DNA of 64,000 nt from Oopsacas minuta (Eukaryota; Animalia; Porifera), in assembly GCA_024704765.1 (NCBI GenBank), contig JAKMXF010000336.1, forward strand, positions 198,599-262,598, in the 5' to 3' direction. The position numbers and the translations under genes were made by a program. This document shows positions 22,123 through 34,000 of this stretch, piece after piece (the first letter of the stretch is position 1; every line of letters starts with the position of its first letter). The notes beneath the pieces are model-generated. The model had not been told where the DNA came from. It worked only from the letters and a program-made list of their open reading frames with translations, and searched no databases.

Positions 22123-22542
22123 ACAGCCCTCAGGTAAATTGTCTTGTCTGTACAAAGAATATGAGTAAACCCTATCTCTTCTGTTGGTATTGTCTTGGAG
22201 AATGGAAAATTTCCCCAACTGAATACAAAAACTGTGGGAATTCAAACTGCAAGAAAGCTAAGATTATGCAGCTATAGTCTGCACTAATGATTAATTTCAA
22301 AGATAAAATGGCAAAACAGTCAAAGTTCCTAGAATATGATCCTGTCCTGACTGACAACTATAGTTGAACATAACGGTGGTTGCGACGAGATGACATGCGA
22401 TTACTGCAAGTATAAATTTCTGAAAAATTGTTATATTTGCTTAACTCAGACTGAAAGAGGCAGTCCAATTTGTAAGAGTACTACATGGAACACAAATGTT
22501 ACGATAACTTGTTTACCACCACCAATACACACCAACGTATGG
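22123..22542 (+). pseudogene. RBR ligase fragment (second half of IBR through RING2), frameshifted, opposite orientation
   Basis: [49 protein letters not shown], with indels and stops. Confidence 0.85.
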
Positions 22543-23488
22543 TATTCATTCTTCGGGTTATTTGTTAAGATTCAATTGGGCTTAAAATGTACTGAATTAT
22601 TTCCTTCTATCCATTGTTTTAGACTTTTGTCCAGTAATGTATTCTAGTTACTTACTACTTCTAAGCTATGTACGCTCACACGCTATGAATTATATACAAA
22701 CTGATGTACCGAATAATGGACTGTAGCCATATACATTTGTAGAAAGCCTAAAACGTAACCACAAATAATGACATAATTAAAGGCGCTAACTTATAATACT
22801 TTCGCCGTAACCCTGAAATAAATGCTGGTGTAACCCAGTTTGAGAACCACTGATCTACATCGTATAAGAATATGAGCTAGCTATAATATCGTATTACAAT
22901 TACGCTATAAATAGATAAATTCCACCAACCAACTCAAAGATATCATATTCAAACACGCGTTATACTCTAACATATACTATACTTTATGTATATTTTACCA
23001 CATATAATCCCACCTATAAAGTGCTCTGCCACCACATTCCTCAAATTTGCTGAATATTAGGTAAGTGAATTTGTGAATATTTAATCAGTATTTATTCTGA
23101 GGAAAAATCGGCAAGTTATGCCTGTTGCTATGTTTTGTGACATGTTTGTATTATTATGTCGTGGCATGGTAGAGGTGGTGGATTGCAGCAATTTACTGTT
23201 ATGATGAATGATCTTTATTCAACACATTATTGAATTGTTTATTATCTTGATCATTTCTTTATTTTTTAAAACTTATGTAAATTTATACATTTTCCCGCTC
23301 ACTTTAAATTTGCTCCCGACGCACCTGGTGCTGACCATGAGATTCGAATATAGGATCAATATGTTACTGTCCGACAACAGTGTAATTCCAGGAGTGCACT
23401 GCAAATAAGGCACCTTCCAAGAATGTTTAGATAACCCCAGTTGGGTTTACGTATTAATCGAACAAATATTTAATTTAATAACATCATA

Positions 23489-23821
23489 TTAGCATAGAGA
23501 TACTACAATTGTGTCATTGTATAGATTATGATGATTAATGTAATCACGTACAATGTCAGTTGCAAAGAAGATAAAGCAGGCGAATATCTCAATGAAATTT
23601 ATCATGAATAGCAGGAGATATTTACGAATTTCAGTATCGAAATGGTTAATTAATTGCTGATTCGATTCACCTGATTCTTCATCTGTGATATTTCGAGTTG
23701 CAACTCTCTTATATTTGATATTGCAATGTATTTTGTTAATGAACACTATTGCCCAATAAGCATTCATTACTATGAATATTGATAACTAACCTGTAAATGT
23801 AACCACTGTTAAAGCAAACAT
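23489..23821 (-). pseudogene. Truncated 7TM paralog (TM1-TM2 only)
   Basis: ATG at 23821 reads MFALTVVTFTG*LSIFIVMNAYWAIVF.. with a TAG at codon 12. It then closely matches the 25233 gene until a stop at IVVSLC*. Confidence 0.85.
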
Positions 23822-24146
23822 TGTAATAATAATATATTATCAAAATGAAAATGTATAAATTTTTATATGATGCCTTGCAGTCATACATTATTTGTGTTAG
23901 ATATTACTTTGAATATAATATTTCGGACAAACCCTTATAAACTATTCATGTATTCAAATCACAGTTACAACATATTTCAAGTTATTCATGCATTACATCA
24001 TAGAATTATCAGTAATTATTCAAATTACCTTTTTCAACTAAAATGTCTACAAGTTTCCTGAACAATTCTAGCTTAAGATTTTTAACATTTCAAAGTTTCA
24101 GGATTGCATTTGTATATGTGAAGAATTGCGGATGGTAACGTTTAAG

Positions 24147-24362
24147 CATACTTTCCAACTGTCTCGTTCTTGGCGGGACGTCCCCCCCTTTTGGACATAT
24201 GTTAAGGGCAATGAGGCAAATGTCAGGCCAAATCTTGCCAAAAATCTGAATTGTCCCACATTTTTGTAGTCCAGTCTAATACAAATATACTACGTCCCGC
24301 GATGTCCCGCTAAATTATTGTCTTTCGTCACAAATTTTTCTTCACTCAGGTTGGCAAGTATG
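24147..24362. mobile_element. MITE with 13-bp TIRs
   Basis: CATACTTTCCAAC / GTTGGCAAGTATG. A half copy starting CATACTTGCCAAC is at 21962 and another near 61938. TSD is only partial (CGTTTAAG vs CGTTATAT). Confidence 0.7.
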
Positions 24363-25232
24363 CGTTATATTCATTAAGACAATTTCAAAAGTGGAATTGT
24401 ATTTTACTTGTTGATTTATGAATATAATGATTCCGTAAAATTCTTAGAGATTTATGGAAATTTTCCCTCTTAACCGACTTCTACCTATTTCAGATTTCGA
24501 GTTTTCTCAGCTAACATGTATAGTAAATAATATTCTAGCTAAAAGTTGTATATCTTAATCACCCTATTGCTCTGAATACAAACCTGGGAGCTTTCTAATT
24601 CGTGAGCATTTTTTGTCGCGTAAATTTTAACAAAATTCAATTAGAGGCTGTGATAAATATTATTCACAATTCTTGGTGGGATTTCTAGACTCCAGTTTAA
24701 CAGCCTAGATTAACCTCCCCACTTTTTGTAAGAAATAATGTTAGTTCTATGGGGCATGAGTCAGTATAGCCGCCCCACTTTTCATGGGCTTCCATCCTGC
24801 CCACCATATGTGATGCAAATTTGTTGCATGTAACAAGGGTAATATACATGGTGTAACAATGTTATGTTGTGTTTTCAAGCAACAATTTGTATCGTGAATA
24901 GTGGGCTTTACGAATACATAGATAACACCCACACTTTTTACACATGACATAATAAGGGCAGGGAGTATATTTTGTTCTAGCGCAGATTATACCCGAGTAT
25001 ACTCTGGGCTGCTACACCGGGTTCGTACCTATACTTATATTATATCCCATTGGATATCTTGAAATTTGATACATAGGTATCTATACACTTTTAAGATGAA
25101 TATCATTAAACAAAATATGTAAGATATATGATGTTACAATTAATTAGAGAATTTCTAATTCATTACTTAATTATTGTAAGTCTTGAAGAACTATAAATAT
25201 TCTAGAATTTTGTAATATAGAATATCTTGAAA

Positions 25233-26357
25233 ATGTTTGCAATAACAGCAACAATATTTACTATTTTAATATCATTTTTTGGTGTACTAAATATATATTG
25301 GGCAATAGTGTTCATGAAAAAAATACATTGCAATATCAAATATAAGAAAGTTGCAACTCGAAATATCACAGATGAAGAATCAGGTGAATCGAATCAGCAA
25401 TCAATTTACTACTTCGATACTGAAATTCGTAAATATCTCCTGCTATTCATGATAAATTTCATTGAGATATTCGCCTGCTTTATCTTCTTTGCAACTGACA
25501 TTGCACGTGATTACATTAGTCATCATAATCTATACAATGACACAATTGTAGTATCTCTACGCGAATGTACAAGTGCAAACGAATCCATTATGAATCAAAT
25601 TATCAATCAACCAATCATATTCCCGTTTCAAAATGGTTTGTTAGCGATAGGAAATTGTGCAGAATTATTTGTTGCGGCATTTGTCATTTGTCTAATGAAT
25701 CTTCTCATTATACGTATAAAGAAAATCAAATACTCGTATATCAAGTTCAATCCTATCATATTTCTTACATTCACTACATTATTGTGCTGTATAATCATCA
25801 TTACAGGGTTCATACAAATAATTACCAACATCAGTACATTATTGTTTGCTATTTCAATCTTTCCATATTTCTGGGTATTTGTAAGAACAGCGAATCGATT
25901 TAAAAGTGCCTTGCTTCATAGAGCTATAGAGTGTCTCACACAATACGGATCTAACAAGGAAGAAATGAGACAATACAAAAACTTCAAATACACTATTAAT
26001 AGTATATCTTATGGATTCCTGTTGACTATAATAGGAACTTGTTTAGTGCAAATACAATGTGTTTTAGTTACCGAGATTTACTACGCAAAATGCTTCTTTC
26101 CACTAAATTTTCTCCCTCCGATAAGATTCATGATAGACTCACCTGAAAATACTGAGAGATTTTTAAAATTCTTATTAATCCAACAGACAATTGGCTTGAT
26201 TTTTATTGCCATTGGAATATTATTATGGTTATCACCATTTATTGCCGTCACAATATACATTTGGATCAAACAAATCTATCAATATTTTCACAAAACTCCA
26301 AAGGAAAAGTATACCACAGTAGTCTCTACTCTGGGTGATTCATTGTTAAATGATTAG
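25233..26357 (+). CDS. Intronless orphan 7TM protein (374 aa from the ATG at 25233)
   Basis: Seven hydrophobic segments and the same loop pattern as 2339-3523. The ORF-track start at 25227 is a TTG. Confidence 0.8.
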   Translation: MFAITATIFTILISFFGVLNIYWAIVFMKKIHCNIKYKKVATRNITDEESGESNQQSIYYFDTEIRKYLLLFMINFIEIFACFIFFATDIARDYISHHNLYNDTIVVSLRECTSANESIMNQIINQPIIFPFQNGLLAIGNCAELFVAAFVICLMNLLIIRIKKIKYSYIKFNPIIFLTFTTLLCCIIIITGFIQIITNISTLLFAISIFPYFWVFVRTANRFKSALLHRAIECLTQYGSNKEEMRQYKNFKYTINSISYGFLLTIIGTCLVQIQCVLVTEIYYAKCFFPLNFLPPIRFMIDSPENTERFLKFLLIQQTIGLIFIAIGILLWLSPFIAVTIYIWIKQIYQYFHKTPKEKYTTVVSTLGDSLLND

Positions 26358-28003
26358 TAATCTTTTCGAATATATTTGTAACATTTTGTTTCTTAAGCTC
26401 ACACCATACTTTTGTTTTCGTGTATATATTCTGTAGTGTACTAGTTAATATGATATTATTCCAGTCTATATCTAAATGTTTTCAATTTATTCATATTCTC
26501 AGCAAAGTCATTCAGGAAATCTGGGCTGATACATTTTTTTGATTGGACTTTCCTGGATGGCATATTTGGGACAGAAAACAGTTTCCTAGTATATATTTAT
26601 AGAAATCTATGGATTTTCCATAATTCCCTGGATTTCTTATTTAATATGCAAATAATATCGATTTTCCCTCATAAATATAAGAAAAATAGCTAGGAATATC
26701 CTATATTTTCCCTGAATTTAGTAATTTTTCTCCTGAATCATAAGTCCAATCCCTGGATGGTTAACAAGTATGCATTTTACCCCTGTCCTTGTCTGTCTTA
26801 CCGTAGGCATTTCTTACCCTACATGACCATATGCGTAACCAGGATTGAAGCCCTACCGAGGAAAAGTTTTGTAATCGGACAGGTATGTATTTCGGGTATA
26901 TGGTACTTCATGACCTGATAAGATCAGCTGATCCCTTGACGTAGGGGTAATCTAAGTCATAAATTGTTTATTTTTGAAAGAAATTATAAGGCGTTGATGA
27001 CGCAGCATATGTAAAATTCTTTGAGATTTTTAAAAAGATTTTGTAAATAATGTATGATGTCATATCTTTTCACATATTTACTTTAAACAATATTTTTGAA
27101 AAATCTCAACTTTTCTCGAAAATTCCCTACTCCAACCATATACAAACACCGACCCGATCACGATGTGTAAATAAGTGTAGATATTACCTGAAATTCCTCT
27201 AAAATATACGTTCTGTTGACATTCTCACGAAAACAAATATCTACTTGTTATAATATAGTATTGAGTAGTTTTAGTAACTAGTAGCATGTTCTGTATTTAA
27301 GGAAGTTTTGTTCTTGCAATATTATGGGTTAATTTTATTTATCCCATAAATGTCCTTTTGAAGCCATTTTATTAAAGTCCCATATGATGTTTCAAATGTA
27401 AATATAATCTTTCAAAAATAGAGTTAAATTATTGAATTTAAAAAATACGCAAAAAATTCGAACTGATCAACTTCGAACCCGATCCGATCCGAGAAACCCG
27501 AACCCGATTCCAACTCTGGATGGTGGTCTTCACCCAATGCTAATCTATCAGGTGGCCCTAAAGAACCTGACATAAGTCTACCAGGGTGCTAATTTATACT
27601 CACAGACTACTATTCAAGGAAATAAGGTATACAAATTCATGTTAACGGAGTTTTCAATGCACCATTCTCTATTTGTCAAGTTCATTTCCTGGATTATGAT
27701 TAGGTCACTTTAAGTGATTTATCCAGATTTCTATACCTGCGCTTTTTTGCAAGGGCTTTCCTAGCTCCTAGGATGGCACCTTGGGACATCAACATACTGA
27801 TCCGGTACTTTATCTGAGTCTCACGGTCGGCACAGATTTTCTTCATGGCAGCTGAGCTAGCTGACTCGCACCTAGAATCTTAGATAAACCCCTGGCTAGT
27901 GACCCCGTCTCTACTGTCAAATAATACAGATACTTTTACCATTTCTAAATCTATTTATTAGCTTTACACTATAATTGATAAATACCCAACAGATTGTCTA
28001 ATC

Positions 28004-31000
28004 ATGGGAAGAGAATTTCTTTTCCCTAGAAATTGGTCTTATTTATACTATTTCCTATTTCTGGTGCTCTTATCAAGCGTCACAACTCAGGATACAGTGC
28101 TAGAGCCTCCTCTTGGTGATAGGAGCAAGGAGAGAATGGTCGAGGTATGTAGTCTTTTGTATTTTTATTATTTGAAGTGGAACCTGAGTGCAGGTGAATT
28201 TGAATTGTTTACCTCATTCATTATATACACATCGTAGAGGCCTTCCGGATTATACAGGTGTCGAATTATGCAGGTGCACCTTCGAGATTTGAGCTCGGTA
28301 CATAATGTTTTCGGCATTTTTCGCATCATATATTTGACTTTTGGCAGTATTTTAATTCATCAGCTGCCATAAACTGTGAATACATGAGTAATATTAAGCA
28401 TCTCGTAATTGTAATTTAGAGCTACAGTGGAGTCTCCGAATAACGGACACGTTGGGGATATTGCTTCTGCCCACTGTAGATAATTGTCCGCTCATCGGAG
28501 ACCGCTTAAGTATTAATTACATGTTTGGAAAATTCAATCCCTGCGGCGAGGTTTGTCCGCTTTCCGGAGTGTCCGTTTTGGGAGACTCCACTGTACAATA
28601 GATAGTGTATTTGTGAGATCCGGTGGCACTACCCAGACCTCACAAGTTTGGATTTATTATTGTTTTCCCTCTACAAGTGTTATTTTCATCACAGGTCCCT
28701 ACTCCCTATTCCCTATCTTTCGTCAGATTGGATGAATCTCTGAGTCCTAGAATTTACTGATGGGAGTAAAATTCTATATTATACCAAGGTTTCAATCGAA
28801 TAATATTTGGCGAATAGTTCAATATTTGGTTACCAAGCGAATATCATTATCAGTATTTGATTAGGCAACTATTCATTAATACTCATACTCGGTTCGATCG
28901 GTTTCAACCTTGAATTATGCGTATTTTCATATGATTAATCATGTCAGATAATTTGGCGAAACGTCCATAGACATTTTGTTCCTGATTTCACCCATAAATC
29001 AGAATGAGAACATTCTAAGTGTCAAAGTTGTTATAATAAAAACTACAAATACTGAATCGTAACTTGTCTCAATTGTTATATATCCATGGTACATTCATGT
29101 CTAGTATCGTTTCAATAGCCAAATTCTATTCAATATGTTAGATTTGTATATTATCAAATAATTCGTTCAGTCCACTCTTCTAAGATATATTTCGACTATA
29201 ATTTTATAGTCTATTGGGCCACTGTTAGTTGGAAACATGTTTCAGCTCCACTGCCCGTATCTGATTTGGATACCGTACTAATGTTGTCATTATTTCACGA
29301 TTTACTCAATGTATAATCAACTACAAGGTGTATAAACTGGCTAGAGTACAATAGAAGTATCATTTCATAATCTAACCTATTCTCATATCAAATTTGACTT
29401 TAGTTATTATAAAATTTTCTATGAATGAAATGCATGTTCAGCTGGATTTAATGTGGAGCTGGAACAAGTTTCTCGTTAACAGTGGCCTTATTGCTGACGA
29501 ATTGATGTATTCAAATCATGAATTACTCAAAAGAAATGAAGAGATCGAATAAAACGATTTTTCGTGGGTACTCCAGGATTGAAACCTGACCAACCGTACC
29601 GTCTCCTACGGCCATGAGATAGGCGGACTGAGATAGAAATTTAGCGACAGCTGTTTCTGTCCCTTCCATGAACTTTGTGGACACATCACTGTTAACACTG
29701 GGAATTACCCAATGTCAAAGAAATCCAGCACTGTGTCCAGAGATTTGATTAACCAAAGGTTGGAAGATATGAATGCGTACGCGTACCAATGATAAAGCGA
29801 TACAGTAAGCTGAACTGATAAGACGTACTACTTCTTTCTACTATTAAATTCAGTCCCCATTCATTATGGTAGTCCCAATTTTGGTAAGACGTACAAGTCT
29901 TATCTGAGTTCCACTGTACTTCAATTACGTTCAATTGCTCTATTCTAAAAATATGTTACAGTAAAGGTATTGGGTACATTTTTGGCGAACGCAACGATCA
30001 GAAGATCTCAACCTTGGGGTTACACTAAATCTCCAAATCATTACATCTCTACTCGCCAACTTATTTCCATTTTAGGATAATATATAAACTTTCCATATTT
30101 ATTATAAGACGACAAACAAAGTTCATTTGAACAGATATACCTTATTTTTAGAAAAAAGAATTTGCATATTTGTATAGTATAATAGAGATATCTGTGTGCA
30201 ATAACAATTGTGAATTACTTGTGAATATATGTAAATTCTTATTGTATATATAACTATCCTTACTTTCAATTTCCCAGGAAAATTGCTTAGTTCATTTACT
30301 GGATTGTACAATATTATGTTATTCATTTAGTGTCAGGTTTCTGCTTATAATTCTAAGAGACATTCCATACCACATCCTTCGTTGCTAGGAAATTTATAGT
30401 TTTTTAAGAATGCCAGATTTTGGTTTGTTTGCTGCTGGATTTCTTAGGTGCTGGTTGATTCATTTATAGAGAAATTTCAAAATGCTACACGTATATATAT
30501 AACGTTAATTTTGATAATTTAATATAATAAATAGAATAAATAGAATAATAAAATGGATTTTGAGACAACTTATTTCCAACCAATTTCTCAATATCTTCCA
30601 ACACTTTACTCACTACCAATGGGGCCTAAAATCTCAAATTTTTCGTCCCCAGCTATGGAAACAAAATTGAAAAAGTGTATGGCACTTAAAGGCCTGTTGA
30701 TTGACGGTTGGAATACGAAATTCCACAAATCGCCGTTCATTTCTCTACTCGATTCGCATAAAGTCGCATTTTGTATTGCAGTCCAGGATTTGAATCGAAT
30801 TTTACAAGAAAGCGTGTTCACCGACACAGAAAGGAAACGTATTAAGAAACTGCGTTATCAAGGTCGGAACAATAAGGCTGCACAGACTCTACGTATCAAG
30901 AACAAACGTCGGGAAAATGCCTTGTCATACTCTGTGTATCAACTTGAAAAAGCAAGAATTTCATTGAGTATAGAGAAAGAACAATTAACTTCGGAAATAT

Positions 31001-34000
31001 GTTTCTACCAAAAGGCATTATCAACTTCATCCAATTAGTTTAATAATTATATCGTACATATATTTCTGTTATTTTCATATTTACTCACCCTGCTGGACAG
31101 GTTTATTGAGTTATTTGCATGTTTTTCCTTTTATTAAACAATTCCTGCACCTTTAACTATGTTTACACTATTGACCTCATCAACTGGGGCCTATTTAGAT
31201 ATACTTTCGAGGTTTCCTTTCTGGCCAAGTAACCTGATAATTGACATATATTTAGTGGAACTTCATTAGTACGAACACATTTAATACGAATTTCGGAACA
31301 ATAGAACAAATATTTACACAAATTCAGGTCCCTACAATAGTTATTCAAGTGATATTGCTCCTGTCAAGAAGTACTAAATTTAAAGGTCCACTCGTGTACG
31401 TATTACAGAGGTTCTACTGAATCAGGTCATTTCTGGTATATCTCGAGTATCTGTTTGAATTTCACATGGATTTATTTATGAGGGGAATTCCCTGAATGAA
31501 ATGTCAGTTCACTGCTGTCACGAAAAGTATTGTAATCTAATTTCTTATTCATACAAAGTATAATATTGAATTTACACAATTAACAAATACAGTGAACCTT
31601 CAGTAAGTGAACACCCCGGGGGCCAGCCAAAGTGTTCACATACGAGAGGTGTTCTCTTTTCGTGACATCGTGCGTAGCAATGGAAAAAATTTGGGACCGA
31701 GAAAAGGTGTTTATCTTTTCGAGGTTTTACTGTATTTACAGTGAGTAACACCAACTTACATTTTACATGGCATCAGTAATTACAGTATCCCATAGATAAC
31801 AGTATAACCTCAAATTCCTAGTTTCATACACATGAGCCTATACAAAAGGGAATTGGGTAGACAGAGAGAATCGGAGTCGCATCTTTTGGCCTTCCTGGCA
31901 CCCCATTTACATTTCTCGGGAGTCCTGATATTTATATCGATATCCCCGATTTTCATAAATTTCCCTGCATTTCTAATTTTATTCGCAAATAATATGAATT
32001 TTCACTATTTTGTCCGCTGCGAGAAATATCCAATATTTTTGAATGTACAAAATATCCCTGATATAATCTAAAACCCGGGACAATCCACGGATCCAGGGAA
32101 GGTTGGAAAGTGTACGTTTGTGAGGTTGCACTGCAGTAGCTCCCATTGAGGGCGATCACAACTTGATAATCGCCCCGAGAAAATCTCAAACATTTCGTTA
32201 CGCTATTCCCTCTCTTATCTAGGCTACCAGCACTTGTGGATTAACAGGTTCAGAAACATACTGTAGGTTTCTAGGTCCTTCTCAACCTGATTCAGTATCT
32301 CTTGCTCCTGAATGTAATATTGATAACTGTGATAATACATGTCCTCATGGAAATACCTCTCCAACTCCCATTATGATTGAAATAGGTAAGTGTGTATGTT
32401 AGACGTCACAAGCACGGCACAGGTCGTTCGGGCTTCTGGCTGTCTGGCCGGGTCAGGGGTAGTCCCAAGATCTGGCATTCCTGCGACAAATGCCTCGTCA
32501 GGCCTGGGGTTAGAGTAATATGTGATTGTAATTGTAATAGTAACGATTACAATTTGAAAGGTAATTGTAATATTGCAATTGATCTTATTGTGCAGCAATA
32601 TTTAACTGTTCCAGCTTCTCAGCTCCAGTAGAGAGACTTTTAGTATAGCTGGTTAATTCTTTCGAACTGATAGGTGTTCCCTAAGCCTAAGTGATGAGGT
32701 ATTTCAGAAACTCATCACTGTCAAATCCAATGCGGGTTTATAAAAACTGATTTGAGTTTTTGCATACAAAATCTATCATTTTGTATTAACACTCGTCAAA
32801 TCCAAACGTGACAGCTTTTCACTAATCCGAACGAATTATCTTGCAATTTCTGTTCGGATTAGCGAAGGTATACTATATATTGTATGTACAATTTAACCAT
32901 ATATTATTATTCCACGAGGCTCAATATTACAAACAGACACGCCTGCTCCAGGACAATCAGGAACCTCTCTGATGTTTTCTGGTGAATCAGATAGTTTTAT
33001 ATCTCATAGTAATATACCTGTTATAGATGATAATACAGGTTTCTCATTCTCTTCATGGTTTAGAGTTGATTCTGGGAATATTAATGGGTAATTTAATTGT
33101 TGGGAATATTATATTGTATGTTGTATGTATGTATGTATGTATGTATGTATGTATGTATGTATGTATGTATGTATGTATGTATGTATGTATGTATGTATGT
33201 ATGTATGTATGTATGTATGTATGTATGTATGTATGTATGTATGTATGTATGTATGTATGTATGTATGTATTGTATGTATGTATGTATGTATGTATGTATG
33301 TATGTATGTATGTATGTATGTATGTATTGTGTATGTATGTATGTATGTATGTATGTATGTATGTATGTATGTATGTATGTATGTATGTATGTATGTATGT
33401 ATGTATGTATGTATGTATGTATGTATGTTTGTTTGTTTGTTTGTTTATTTGTTTGTTTTTATGTGTGCTTGCTCGCTTGCTTGCTTGCTTGTTTAGCATT
33501 TACTTGTCGTATGTTGACTGTTGTTTTTTTGTTGGTTTGACTGTTATCTATGTTTGTTATTCTCCCAATTTCCCTAATATTTGTATCTACAGAATAATTA
33601 TATCACGAGGAAATGATGACATAGATTCAGAGGAAATATTCCACATACGCGTTTCTGGCACATCTCTATACATTTCCTATATCCCATTAACCAGTAATAC
33701 AGCTTCAGAAATTCAAATTCCATCTTTCGTTATCGTATCCAACGTATGGTATCATATATCTGTAGCAATATACCAAGAGGACGTATCTGTATATGTGAAT
33801 GGAGCTATACAGTATGCTACGTCACTTATTGCTGATATTAAGGGACCTGCTGGTGTATTGTATCTGGGAAGAGGTGTTGATGGTGAGCAAACACGACCCG
33901 TTCAAGCGTTTTCTAATTATTAGAGTAGCTCCTATAGGGAGATGCCATAATTGCATGGAGGATATGACTTCCATACGTCCGTCCACGCAGCCGTGCTAAA

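Larger units (their letters stand above)
16935..23200. repeat. Segmental duplication unit B (~6.3 kb), direct repeat of ~57310-63095
   Basis: Continuous by-eye homology through the 3' flank, LRR-EGF gene, upstream block, both RBR fragments and a further ~650 bp, ending near GGTAGAGG(T/C)GGTGGATTGCAGCAATTTACTGTTAT. Boundaries are approximate. Confidence 0.85.

Noticed and set aside
27700-27846. 48-aa minus-strand ORF head-to-head with usherin (MKKICADRETQIKYRISMLMSQGAILGARK..)
   Set aside because: Short, with no recognisable motif and no downstream exon identified.
29550-29630. tRNA/SINE-like box A and box B motifs on the minus strand (TGGCCGTAGG..GGTTTCAATCC)
   Set aside because: I could not build a cloverleaf and saw no second full copy. 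It would need tRNAscan-SE or a repeat search.
31482-31492. Consensus NF-kB site GGGGAATTCCC
   Set aside because: Single occurrence, downstream of the bZIP gene and not in a promoter position. Similar strings occur within repeats.
33027-33923. Long ORFs with YVCM/YIHT repeats (33027-33923, 33053-33499, 33097-33540, 33125-33496)
   Set aside because: Artefacts of the (TATG)n microsatellite. Only 33593-33882 is a real usherin exon.
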